The notes under the pieces are model-generated. The model was given only the letters and a program-made list of their open reading frames with translations, searched no databases and was not told where the DNA came from. Of a stretch of 64,000 nt of DNA, positions 13,321 through 24,650 are shown one piece after another. The stretch is from Mobula hypostoma (taxonomy: Eukaryota). A program made the position numbers and the translations under genes. Location of the stretch: contig NC_086097.1 in NCBI RefSeq assembly GCF_963921235.1, positions 109,618,001-109,682,000 on the forward strand, given 5' to 3'. Every line of letters begins with the position of its first letter. Position 1 is the stretch's first letter.

Positions 13321-14367
13321 AGCCCTCGATACACAGTGTGCTCCTCATCCAATCACACTTCCTTCTAATTCCAGTCTCATGCTTAAAATGCAAAGATCAA
13401 AGACAGCACAGTTCCTAGTTCTGCAGAGAAAGAGGTCATATAGGAATTCTGTTGAAAGGACAGACTTTGATGCATAATGAAATGGGTACTGTGTTGGGAA
13501 GTGTAAGAAAGATATTTTGTTTACAGTTATTGCGCACAGAATCAGAATCAGGTTTATTGTCACTGACATAAGTCATGAAATGCGTTTGCTTGTGGCAGCA
13601 TTACAGTACAATAGAAAGGAAGTAGAGGGCACCAAATAGCAATTCATGTATGTTCAATTCTGTAACCCTGTATTATACAGGCTGAAAACAGTGTTAAGCT
13701 AAATGTGCTAGACCCCACCCTAGCATAACTTTTTCTCCTTTACCAGGTCTACCAAGGGCTTGTTATTATGTCCGTCCCACAAAGAAGAATGGTGTATGAG
13801 TAATGATGGATCCTGAGTTACTGGATCCTGATGCTATGCCCCAGACAACCCGATCGTTGTTGGTAATGCATGCTGTCAAAGGCCTTTTCCTCAAAGACCA
13901 TTTCTGAATGTTTCTGATTAGATTTGTTGAACAAAAGTTGAAGCACATTTTAATTATTCAGAAAGAAAAAGTGAGAATAAAAATGCATCCATTGAACAGC
14001 ATATTTAACTCAATGCAAGATAACTAAAGTAAAGATAAAAGAAACCACTTATACTTAATCTAACCCAATCCCGGAGACAGAGCAAATATGAGATGGGCCA
14101 GAACCTGATCTTCTGTATGTTCCATTATTTCCTTCTACACAGGAAAGCTGAGCTACATCAAACAGCAGTGTGGATCCACTTGGAACCGCCAGCCGCCATG
14201 AAGCATGGTCCACCCTAATACCCTGGACTCTAGCTGTGCCTCAGTGGGGTTTCAGGAGCAGCTTCCCCATTATCATCATGGGAAGGTTTGGAAAGAACAA
14301 GTAGAAGATGGTTCTCACTGGTATTTTTGCATAAAGAGATTTTTAGTGGTAGGAAATGATTACTCAC

Positions 14368-14416
14368 GTGTAATTACTGTTGAGCCAATCTTGAATACTC
14401 TGTTGCTTGTAGTCCC
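14368..14416 (-). CDS. ITPRID1: Candidate coding exon (49 nt) GDYKQQSIQDWLNSNY, resembling the ITPRID1/CCDC129 N-terminal motif
   Basis: Acceptor gtgctcccatag and donor AC|gtgagt. The peptide matches my recollection of human ITPRID1 DSKQESIQQWLDSGF (D-x-KQ-x-SIQ-x-WL-x-S). The identification is from memory, not a search. Confidence 0.58.
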
Positions 14417-14959
14417 CTATGGGAGCACACGATAGGTACAGATTGAAAATACCGTTCAATTCAATTCTTCTGATCTCATCCAGTCTTCTATGGCTACATT
14501 TAACTACATGAATAATAATTTGAGAGCTTCCTCCAGCATTGCCCCAACCTAATTTATTAGCAGTCCGATCAAAGGGAGATAAGGAGAACTCCAGCCACAT
14601 GTATTTGACTGTGAAGTAGCAGCGGCCATTATTAAAACATAACTACCGAGCTTTAGAAAAAAATTAAAATACAAAATGTCTAAGGGGGAGAAAATAAAGC
14701 TTGTGAAATAATGACATCTTACCTGGAGCAACAGAATCACACAACACAAAAAATAGCCTTATGGTCCACTGAGTCTATGCTAATCATCAAGCACCTGCTT
14801 CATTCAGCCCAAGTTACCATCCACTTGTCCTCACACTGGGGTTAACCTTGCGAATCTTCAGGACGAGGACATGAAGCCTGCTCAGTCGAGCCACAAGGCA
14901 GTATGCGAACTTGCTGTCACCCTAGAGAGGAAGGAATGCTATTGGGAAAAATCTTCCAG

Positions 14960-15150
14960 CCAGCCTCCTTCCCCTCCCCCAATCTTTTTATTGTGGCATC
15001 TTCTCCCTTCCTTCTCAGTCCTGAAGAAGGATCTTGGCCTGAAACATCGACTATCAATTCATTTCCATAGATGCTGGCCGAGCCGCTGCGTTCCTCCAGC
15101 ATCTTGTGTGTGTTTCTCTGGGTTTCCAGAATCTGCAGACTTTCTCATGT
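14960..15150 (+). mobile_element. Older PLE terminal fragment with hammerhead-like motif
   Basis: CAGTC-CTGAAGA-A-GGATCTTGGCCT-GAAA-CATC-GACT at 15016-15052, followed by the usual atagatgctg...ccagcat terminus. Confidence 0.7.
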
Positions 15151-15199
15151 TTGCCATAACCAAATCTGTCTAGACACTCCAGGGTTTAACGATGGGATC

Positions 15200-16650
15200 T
15201 CAGTCACAGAGTCACAGAGCACTAGGGCACAGCAACAGGCTGTTTGTCACATCGAATCCGTTGTTCAGCCTGGTCCCATCACTCACACCTGGACCATAGC
15301 CCTCCATACCCCTCACATTCACTCACTTACTCAAACTTCTCTTCTTCATGTGCCTTGTGCTTTACACACTTGGGCGATCATGGCTCTCCACATTGAACAA
15401 TCCCTCGCAGCGTCAATGATGCCTCTTAAACTTCTCTTAAAATCTGAAAATGAACCAGCATCCACCACTTTCTCTGGCAGCTTATTCCTCACTTTCACTA
15501 CCCACTGAGTGATACAGTTACCCTTAAGTATTTCACTTTTCACCTTTAATCTGTGACCTCTAGTTCTGGTCTCACCCAACTTCAGTGGAAAAAGCCCGCT
15601 TGCATTTAACCTATCTACACCCCTCATAATTTTGTAGACCTCTCCCCTCATTTTCCTACATTCTAGTGAAGTGGTCCAAATCTGTGATTTATAATGGCTG
15701 AATTCTCACAGTAGGAAACATAGCTACACTGATGCAATGCATGGTGATGACATCAAAACAGGATCAACAACTATTTAAGAACAGCAGCTAAAGAATTTGC
15801 ATTTTCCTTAGTACCAAGAACCCAGTTAGTAAGTTTGCCGATGACACAATAGTCAGTAATGTCATAGACAGTGATGATGGTTATCAGGATCTGCAGAAGG
15901 ATCTCGATCAGCTGGGTAAGTGAGCCCAAGAAAGGCAAACAGAGGAGTTTAATTTGTGTTGTTTGCATTTCAGGCAAGACAAATGAGGGTAGGTAGGACT
16001 TTCAGAGTGAACAGTAGGGCTCTGGGAAAGTTTTGGAACAGAAGTACAAAGAAGTACAAAGACATGGTTGCCTGGAAGTCGGTGCCAGAGGTAGACAGGG
16101 TGATGAAGAAGGCTTCTGAGATGCTGGCCTTTATCAGTCAGGGTATTGAGTACAGAATTTAACATACTATGTTGCAGATGTACAATGTTGGTGTGGATGC
16201 ATTTGGAATATTCTGTTCAGTTTTAGTCACACTGCTATAGGAAAGGTGCCATTAAATGCAGAGTACGCTTATGGGAAGCGCAAGTACCTCCTGGGCTCGA
16301 TGGACTGAGCTATGGAAGAAAATTGGCCAGTTGAGACTTTCTCATCAGAACGTACGAGAACGAAGGGTGAACTTACAAAAGTGTATAAGATCACGAGGGG
16401 CATAGATGAGGTCAATACGCACATTCTTTTTCCCATGGTTGGCAATCAATAGGTTTAAGTTGGGAGGGAAGAGATTTAATAGGAACCTGAGGACCCCGAA
16501 ACTTTCGCCCAGAGGGTGGTTAGAATCTGAAAGATTTAGAGGCATATGAGTCAAACATGGACAAATTGGACTAGCTTGGATGGGAATCTTAGTTGGCCTG
16601 GATGACTTGGACTCGAGAGCCTTTTTCTGCTCTGTATGACTCCATGACTA
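15200..16650. mobile_element. Two CR1 LINE 3' fragments (15200-15670 minus; 15830-16650 plus)
   Basis: EVYKIMRGVDR..TRTRGHRLK on the minus strand; SKFADDT (aagtttgccgatgacac) through the 3' UTR on the plus strand. Confidence 0.8.
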
Positions 16651-16986
16651 ACACACCAGAGGAGGAGGAAAACCAACCAAGGAAGTCAACCAGCACACTG
16701 CATCAGCATTGTCACAACAACAAACTGCCAGGAGAGTTTATTGGGTTAAGCAGCATCTGCGGAGGTTAAAAGGGATGCATTAGGACTGAGAGTGTAGAGA
16801 GCAGATAGCCAGTATGAAGAGATAAGAGGAATAGGTGAGAGATGGGTGTGTGATGATAGAATCAGGGGAAGTTGGGAATGATCAGCAGAACACTGAATTT
16901 TATCATTTCAACTAACCCACTTACTAAATAGAATCAAGTAGTTTTCCAGCATCTGCTGGGCAGCAGATTGTGTTTTGAATTAGTAT

Positions 16987-19900
16987 TGTACCACTCTTGG
17001 GGGGAGGGGCTGCATCTCTAATAACCAGCACTGTTTATTGCTCTTGTGTTAAAATGCTTTTGTAGGATCATGATGGGAAGTTCCACTTCATTTATTGTTA
17101 CATTTTAACTTGGGTTATACAGTTATTCGCTTGTGTATTTGTGGGTCACCCTGACAGTAACCGGGGTGTGTGATGGTCATCTCCCCTGTCTGGAGAGACT
17201 GGTTGGGTTCACTCTCCCAGTCATGGTGCCCGTCTGTTCTGTGTTTATCACAATAAAACGGTTCGAGTTTCCTTGTCTGACATACTGGACCAAATGCTCG
17301 CCACATTGGTGTCAGGAATGGAATGCGGGAGATTGAAGAGCTACAACATCGGACAGTGTTTTAAACCTGGGGAATAAGACGAGGGACTGAGCAGTCTACC
17401 TCCCCCCGTACCCACGAGCAGGGCTCAAGCAGACGAGATCCGGAGGGAGGACCTGGGATCCGAGCATTGTGCCTTCCCAGGGAGCCCCGACGGAGCGAGT
17501 GTATCCAGGCTCCCCAACCTGGGGACAGAGCAGAGTGCATCACTCGTCTCCATCGTGACCTGCACCAAGACACCATAGCTATAGGAGGATGGGGACCATG
17601 GCAGACGCCACCAGTGCAAGAGAAGGATCAAAGGGCCTCGACGATTAGCACCTCAGTGTCCACCCTGAAGCTCCCCAGATACAACGGTACCAGCCACCTG
17701 GAGTCTCACCTGGCGGAAGTCAATCTTGCCGCATGGCACAACGGGTGGAGCCCCACCGAGACAGCAGTGCACCGTGCCCCGGCACTGGAACGAGATGCCC
17801 TGGGAACCAAGCATTGTGCCTTCCCAGGGAGCCCCGACGGAGTGAGTGTACCCAGGCTCCTCAACCCGGGGGACAGAGCGGAACCTCACCTGGCGCATGG
17901 CACAACGGGTGGACCACCGAGACAGCGGTGCACCGTGCCCCGGCACTGGAACGAGATGCCCTGTGGGCCCTCCTCGACCTAACGCCGGCGGAGCTGCGTG
18001 ACTACGGGCCCTCGTAGTGATGCTGGAGCGGCGTTTCGAGCAGAGGCCGATGTCGGAAGCAATGAGGGAAGAACTGTGGAGCAGACGGCGCCGTATGGGA
18101 GGAAGCCTGGGGGCACTAGCAGCTGATCTCCGCCACTGTGCTCGGCATGGCTACCCCCAGTTCCCTCCCGCGGCCCAGGAAGAACTTTCCCTCCACGCCT
18201 TTGTAAAGGCGCTGACGCCAAAGCGCCTTCGGCAGCATGTTCGCCTGACGTCACCATCATCACTGGACGAGGCGGAGAGGGAGGGCAGAAGCAATTTTAG
18301 CCTCTCAAGGTGTTTCAGCGTCGCCCCCCACCAGCGAGCCCGGGCTTGTGTCACCGAGGCTGAGGAGGAAAGTGACGAGGAGGAGCCCGTGAGACAAGTC
18401 CGACTAGCGCCACAGGCCATGAAACGATCTCTGCTACCGGTGCGGTGAGGCAGGTCATTTGCAGACATCCCACTCTGCAAAAACTCATTTTAGGGAGATC
18501 TCAACTTCATTTCAGGGAGGTCTCAACCAGAAGCCTCAACCTCATAGCAGTCTGTGTCAATGAATTTGTTAATTTTGCAAGACATCAGATTCACAAGTGT
18601 TCTGTGAGACAGCTCACTTCTGAATTCTGTCTTAATGTGCCATGTTCACAGCTGCCTTGGTTGATGAGCAGGCATAGTTTTTAGCTATTTCTGAATCAGA
18701 AAACATTTTCCTGAATAGCTTTCCTGTGTGCTTACACAGCTGGAATGGCAGCTTATGCTCAACGATGGAAGATGTAAAGTACACCGCAGCTCTAGTGACC
18801 TTCTCTGTCAGACTTTGGTTTTCTGCTGAAAAAAACTGTGAAATACTTGAGCAGCCTTCCCTGCGCTTAGCCTCCTTAATATGTTGTGGTCCCTTGAAGA
18901 AATAAAAGCATAAGGTGTATCCTTATTACAGGTGTGCGCCACTTAACGACTGATCGTATATACATCAGTAGTCACACACACACACATTGCCTGCAATAGT
19001 CGGGATCAGAACTTATTTTCTTACATCGAAATGGGGGATTTTAAATGAGTGATTTAGAAGTTCCGTATCTTCAAGTTCAAGTTTATTGTCATCTGGCTGA
19101 TTGCCCACAAACGAAACAATCTCTGTCCGGACCACGGTGTAGCCACAATACATACATCACGCACACCACATAAAACAATATATTACCATATTATTTAATA
19201 AAGTGTAATTCAAAATGCATATAAAGTGCGCAGCACAGGTAAAGAGTTCGCTGTCCTAATGACAAGACCTTAGTGGGGGCCGGGTATTCATTAAAATCGT
19301 TTTTTCTTCTGAAAACGGCTGCGCTTAAACCCAGCCCATCACGGGCTTCGATGTACCAGTAAGTGAAAGTGTTTCAGGACAAAAATCCCGAAGAATTTGC
19401 TTACTGCGAGCGTGTTTTCAAAGATGTCTTAGCGGATGACTTTGGAATTTCTCTCCAATTTAAATCCTGCTCTAACCCCCTTTAAGACGCCAACGCGCCC
19501 TGTCCGTATAGGACAGCCTCGCGTAGTCCGGTTGTCACTGCCAGCCTTGGGAATGTCTTCACCAGGGTACTTCACCGACAGTTGTTCGGATCATTTCAGC
19601 GTCATTACGGACGGCAGTAACTGAACTGATGGACTATGGAAGAGAGAGAGAGGTCGACTGTAAAACCCGCCTACAGAGAAAAACTGATAGGTCTACTTAG
19701 CACAAAGAGAGATCAAGCAGGATTCATTCATTTTCTTTCTTTCTTTCTTTCCCTCTCTCTCCCTCTCTAAAAAATTGATTTCCGGGATATTGTATACGAT
19801 TTGCGGGCATCAGGGAGCCGCTATCGAATGCAGGAGACTCCCGGAACTCCCGGGAGAGGTGGGATGTCTGCATTTGGCCCAGGACTACCCCGCCCTGGCA

Positions 19901-20309
19901 TCACGCCACAGCCCAGGAGCAGCAGAACCCCTCCGGGTGGGCCGTTTGGGTGAAGAGCAAGGCTTACACGTGGACTGCCTGCGTGGTGAAGAACATCAGG
20001 TGCCGTATGTTGGTGGACACGGGGTCAACCATCACTACCATCTGTCCCGGTGTTCTCCCCAGCACGGACCAGCCATCCCCACCTGGGTGGACAACGACAC
20101 TGGTCCGGTTGGCTACGGTCACCGGTGACTGTGCAGCTATGCAAGGGAAGAGGAGGCTGCGCATCGCAGTGGGGAACAACGTGTATGAGACTGGTTAGGT
20201 TCTCTCTCTGGGTCATGGTGCCTGGTCCTTTTAGTATTTATCACAATAAAGCAGTTGGTGTGTTTAACAAGCTTTCTCGTCTGTCATTATGGCCCAAATG
20301 CCGGCCACA
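16987..20309 (+). mobile_element. Gypsy LTR retrotransposon, internally deleted (5' LTR, PBS, gag, protease, partial 3' LTR; no RT or integrase)
   Basis: 5' LTR TG..CA at 16987-17305; tRNA-Leu-like PBS TGGTGTCAGGAATGGAAT at 17307-17324; gag peptides KLPRYNG..HNGWS and LAADLRHCARHGYP..AFVKAL; CYRCGEAGH knuckle; protease LVDTGS; 3' LTR part ~20187-20309; GTAT on both flanks. Confidence 0.88.
18462..19870 (-). mobile_element. hAT-like DNA transposon deletion derivative nested in Gypsy gag
   Basis: TIR CAGACATCCCAC / GTGGGATGTCTG; 6-bp TSD CATTTG (18456-18461, 19871-19876). Minus-strand transposase remnants KVTRAAVYFTSSIVEHKLPF..LFRKMFSDSEIAKNYACSSTKA, fused to C-terminal KTEFRSELSHRTLVNLMSCKIN..CYE. 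Confidence 0.85.
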
Positions 20310-20314
20310 GTATT

Positions 20315-20955
20315 AGCTATTTCTCCAAATGGGGAAATAAAGATTAACTTGCAGGTTGAGTTGGTGGTAAGGAAGGCAAAATTTCAAGAGGACTAGAATA
20401 TAAAAGCACGTAATGCTGAAACATTATAAGCACTTGGAATATTGTGAGCAGTTTTGGGCCTCTTATCTAACAAAGGATGTGCTGGTATGGTAGAGAGGGT
20501 CAAGAATGATCCTGGGAATGTGAAATGTTGAATGGTCCGGTGGGCCTGTACTCGCTTGAGTTTAGAAGAATGAGAGGGGATTTCGTTGAAACCTGTTGAA
20601 TATTGAAAGGCCGACATCGAGTGGAAGTAGAGAGCTTGGTTCCTATGGTGGGGGAGTCCAAGACCAAAGGGTACCGTTTCAGAATCAAAGGATAATCCTT
20701 TAGAACAGATGAGGAGGAATTTTTCCTAGCCTGAGGATGGTGGATCTGTAGAATTCTTTGCCCCAGGCAGAAATGGAAGCTATGTCATTGGGCATATTTA
20801 AAGTGGAGTGCGATAGGTTCTTGATTAGTAAAGGCATCAAAGACTATAGGGAGAAGGCAGGAGAATGGAGTTGAGAGGGATAATAAGTCAGCCATGACGG
20901 ACTAGCAGGGCAGACTTAGTGGGCTGAGTGGCCTTATTCTGCTCCTGTGTCTAAT
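20315..20955 (+). mobile_element. CR1 LINE 3' fragment (second subfamily)
   Basis: tactcgcttgagtttagaagaatgagaggggat..., ending in ggccttattctgctcctgtgtct. A related copy lies on the minus strand at 47640-48035. Confidence 0.75.
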
Positions 20956-21089
20956 GGGAAAGCAGTACAGAGTTTTTATGTATTTACAAATTTAAGTAAG
21001 CCAATTGGTTATAGAAATGTACAGCACAAATACAGAGCATAGAATGTACTTTATTGTGCATCTCATCCACACCAATCACGATGCTTATC

Positions 21090-22270
21090 TCATCATCATC
21101 AGGTGCTGTGCCCAGTTTGAGCTTTGACTGCCATGGCCCACACACTCCGGTTTCGTGTCGTGGATCAATTCATTTGTATTCATTTCCAGTTCTCTGGCTG
21201 TTGTCTCCATCATCTTTTGTCTTTGCCTTCCTCTTGCTTTCTTCCCTTCCACCTTTTCCATAATTACCGTGCATTCTAACTCCTCTTTCCTAATCACATG
21301 TCCAATGAAGTTACGTTGCCTTTTCATGATGTCATTCATTATTTCTCTTTTTGTGTTTGTTCTGTTCATGACATCCTCATTAGATATTTATTTCGTCCAT
21401 GATATTCTTTGCATCCTCCTCAAAAACCACATCTCTGCTGCTTCAATTCTTTTCCTCATGTTACTGGATATTGTCCAACATTTTGAGCCATATAACATAA
21501 CTGGATAAACGTAACGTTTCAGTACTCTGAGGCAGATTGTCATGCCTAGTTTAGTGTTGGTCAGTATACACTTTATTCTCGTAAAGGTGTCTTTTGCCAT
21601 CCCTATTGTTCTTTTGATGTCCATGTCGCATCTGCCATCTGATGTCACCCAGCTTCCTAAGCAGCAAAAGTTCTGTACCTGTACTTGTTTTATGTCTTCC
21701 CCATTTAGTTTCAGCCTGCAGATAGGGTTCTCCTTCTTTTTGGATATCACCATACATTCTGTCTTTTTTGCAATTGACAGATAGACCCATTTTTGAACTT
21801 TCTTCAACAACTATATCAATTAAGTTTTGTAGTTCTTCCTCCATACTTGCAATTAACACAGTGTCATCCGCATATCTTAAATTATTGATGTTTTCACCGC
21901 CAACTTTGATTCCCAAGATGTCTTATTCTTTGTAATATTGTCTCACTGTACGCATTAAACAAGTCAGGGGAGAAAACATACACTTGTCTAACACCTCTCT
22001 TGATTTTCATAACTTGACTCACTTCTCCATCTATTCTTACAGCGGTAGTTTGTTCCCAGTACAGATATCTGATTAGGCGGAGGTCTTTTGAATCTAGGTC
22101 TAGAGTTTCCTGTAATATTTCAAATAACTTATTGTGCTTCACTTTATCAAATGTTTTTGTGTAGTCGATAAAACAAACAAACAAATCTTTTTGCACTCCA
22201 ATTGCTCATTCTGGTAGTATCCTTAACATCAATACCACGTTTCTTGTACCTTTGTCTTTCACAAAACCAC
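21090..22270 (-). mobile_element. RTE-clade LINE, 3' part
   Basis: FVCFIDYTKTFDKV, GENINNLRYADDTVLIA, RIEAAEMWFLRRM, GKVEGKKARGRQR-like C-terminus; (ATG)n tail at ~21090-21100. Confidence 0.9.
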
Positions 22271-23114
22271 ATGCTTATCTACTCTAACCTAACTTACCTA
22301 TTTTAGCCCTCTATTGCTTTCTTATCCGATGTGTTTTTAATGTAACAACAAAATGCTGGAGGAACTTAGCAGGTCAGATGGCATCTATGGAAATGAATTA
22401 ACAGTGGATGTTTCCAGTTGCTTCAGGACTATTAAATGTAATAACATTTGTCTCCACTACTCTCTCTCATTTCACCCTCTGTGTGGAAAAATTTATCCCT
22501 CAGATATGCTTTAAATTTCTCCACTCTTGCCTTAAGTCTGTGCCTTTTAGTCCTAGTGTCCTCTGTCCTGAGGGAAGTTTCTGACCGTCTATCCCATCTT
22601 TGCCTTTCATAATTTGAAAATATCTATAAGGTTGCCATCAGCCTGCCACCTTTCAATGAGAATAAACCCAGCCTATTTCCTCTCTCCTTATAATGACTGC
22701 CCTCAATTTCTGTCAACCAGCCGGTAATTTCACTGGCTGTTTCTCCATTGCTACCATATCCATCCTGTATACAATACTGTACTCTAAATGTGTTCTAACC
22801 AATGAATTAGAATGAACTCCTTCTTTAACATTGCCCTGTCCTTCAACAGATATTGTAAATAGAATTCATCAGGACTCTGGCAGAATCCTTAATATATTTG
22901 TCATCCTTTGTATGATGAACTTTATCATAGCAGTCCTTACATCGTCTTTCATTAAATTTCAAAGATTAACTTTGCCTTTGCATGCAAAATTAGCAAGTAA
23001 ATGAAATAAATAAATTCAAACAACAGGAATTCTGCAGATGCTGGAAATTCAAGCAACATACATCAAAGTTGCTGGTGAACGCAGCAGGCCAGGCAGCATC
23101 TATAGGAAGAGGCG

Positions 23115-23151
23115 CAGTCGACGTTTCAGGCCGAGACCCTTCGTCAGGACT
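23115..23151 (-). ncRNA. Minimal type I hammerhead ribozyme motif (intact)
   Basis: Minus strand reads AGTC-CTGACGA-A-GGGTCTCGGCCT-GAAA-CG-TC-GACTG. Confidence 0.78.
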
Positions 23152-24028
23152 AACTGAAGGAAGAGTGAGTAAGGGATTTGAAAGCTGGAGGGGGAGGGGG
23201 AGATGCAAAATGATAGGAGAAGACAGGAGGGGGAGGGATGGAGCCGAGAGCTGGACAGGTGATAGGCAGAAGGGGATACGAGAGGATCATGGGACAGGAG
23301 GTCCGGGAAGAAAGACGGGGGGGGGGTGACCCAGAGGATGGGCAAGAGGTATATTCAGAGGGACAGAGGGAGAAAAAGGAGAGTGAGAGAAAGAATGTGT
23401 GCATTAAAAAGAGTAACAGATGGGGTACGAGGGGGAGGTGGGGCCTAGCGGAAGTTAGAGAAGTCAATGTTCATGCCATCAGGTTGGAGGCTACCCAGAC
23501 GGAATATAAGGTGTTGTTCCTCCAACCTGAGTGTGGCTTCATCTTTACAGTAGAGGAGGCCGTGGATAGACATGTCAGAATGTCAGAATGTCTATTCCCA
23601 TTCTGACATGTCTATCCACGGCCTCCTCTACTGTAAAGATGAAGCCACACTCAGGTTGGAGGAACAACACCTTATATTCCGTCTGGGTAGCCTCCAACCT
23701 GATGGCATGAACATTGACTTCTCTAACTTCCGCTAGGCCCCACCTCCCCCTCGTACCCCATCTGTTACTCTTTTTAATGCACACATTCTTTCTCTCACTC
23801 TCCTTTTTCTCCCTCTGTCCCTCTGAATATACCTCTTGCCCATCCTCTGGGTCACCCCCCCCCGTCTTTCTTCCCGGACCTCCTGTCCCATGATCCTCTC
23901 GTATCCCCTTCTGCCTATCACCTGTCCAGCTCTCGGCTCCATCCCTCCCCCTCCTGTCTTCTCCTATCATTTTGCATCTCCCCCTCCCCCTCCAGCTTTC
24001 AAATCCCTTACTCACTCTTCCTTCAGTT

Positions 24029-24065
24029 AGTCCTGACGAAGGGTCTCGGCCTGAAACGTCGACTG
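24029..24065 (+). ncRNA. Minimal type I hammerhead ribozyme motif (intact)
   Basis: AGTC-CTGACGA-A-GGGTCTCGGCCT-GAAA-CG-TC-GACTG. Confidence 0.78.
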
Positions 24066-24143
24066 CGCCTCTTCCTATAGATGCTGCCTGGCCTGCTGCG
24101 TTCACCAGCAACTTTGATGTATGTTGCCTGAAATAAATAAATT

Positions 24144-24650
24144 ATTCTGATTCCTATTCCCATTCTGACATATTGCACCATGGCCTCCACTTGCGTCACA
24201 CTGAGGCCACCCTCAGCGTGGAGGCACAACATCTTGTATTCTGTATGGATGGCTGCCATCCTGATGGCATGAATATCAAATTCTCCTTCTGTTAAAAAAA
24301 AATTCCTTCCTTCCCTCCCCTCTTCCTCTTCTCCACGCGTTGACCTTTGACTACTTTTCACCTGCCTATCACTTTCCCCTGGGTCCCCTCCTCCTTCCTT
24401 TTCTCCTATGGTCCACTCTCCTCTCCTATTGGATTCCTTCTCCAGCGCTTGACCTTTCCCACCCACCTGGCTTCACCTATCACCTTCCAGCTAGCCTCCT
24501 TCCCCTTCCCCCAATCTTTTTATTCTGGTATCTTCCCCCTTCCTTCTCAGCTCTGAAGAAGGCTCTCAGTTGGAAGCATCGACTATCTATCCATTTCCAT
24601 AGATGCTGCCCAGTCTGCTGAGTTCCTCCAGCATTTTGTGTGTGTTGCTT
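24144..24650 (+). mobile_element. Older PLE subfamily 3' fragment (GIY-YIG C-terminus plus terminal region)
   Basis: Homologous to 35620-36190 (cctgatggcatgaatatc); degenerate hammerhead at ~24548-24585. Confidence 0.8.

Larger units (their letters stand above)
23017..24128. mobile_element. PLE fold-back insertion 3: ~1.1 kb near-perfect palindrome
   Basis: Arms ~23054-23582 and 23599-24127 are reverse complements around a 16-nt spacer. TSD TGAAATAAATAAATT at 23002-23016 and 24129-24143. Confidence 0.95.

Noticed and set aside
13747..13862. Plus-strand exon-like segment (ctcctttaccag ... TTG|gtaatg)
   Set aside because: All frames contain stops, and no partner exons could be linked.
19300..19870. 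CpG-rich stretch as a host promoter or first exon
   Set aside because: It lies inside the TIR/TSD-bounded hAT element.
7011..24111. Recurrent ORFs such as MLVNAAGQAAS... and MHLPLPLQLSNP...
   Set aside because: These are incidental translations of the non-coding PLE terminal region, not a gene family.
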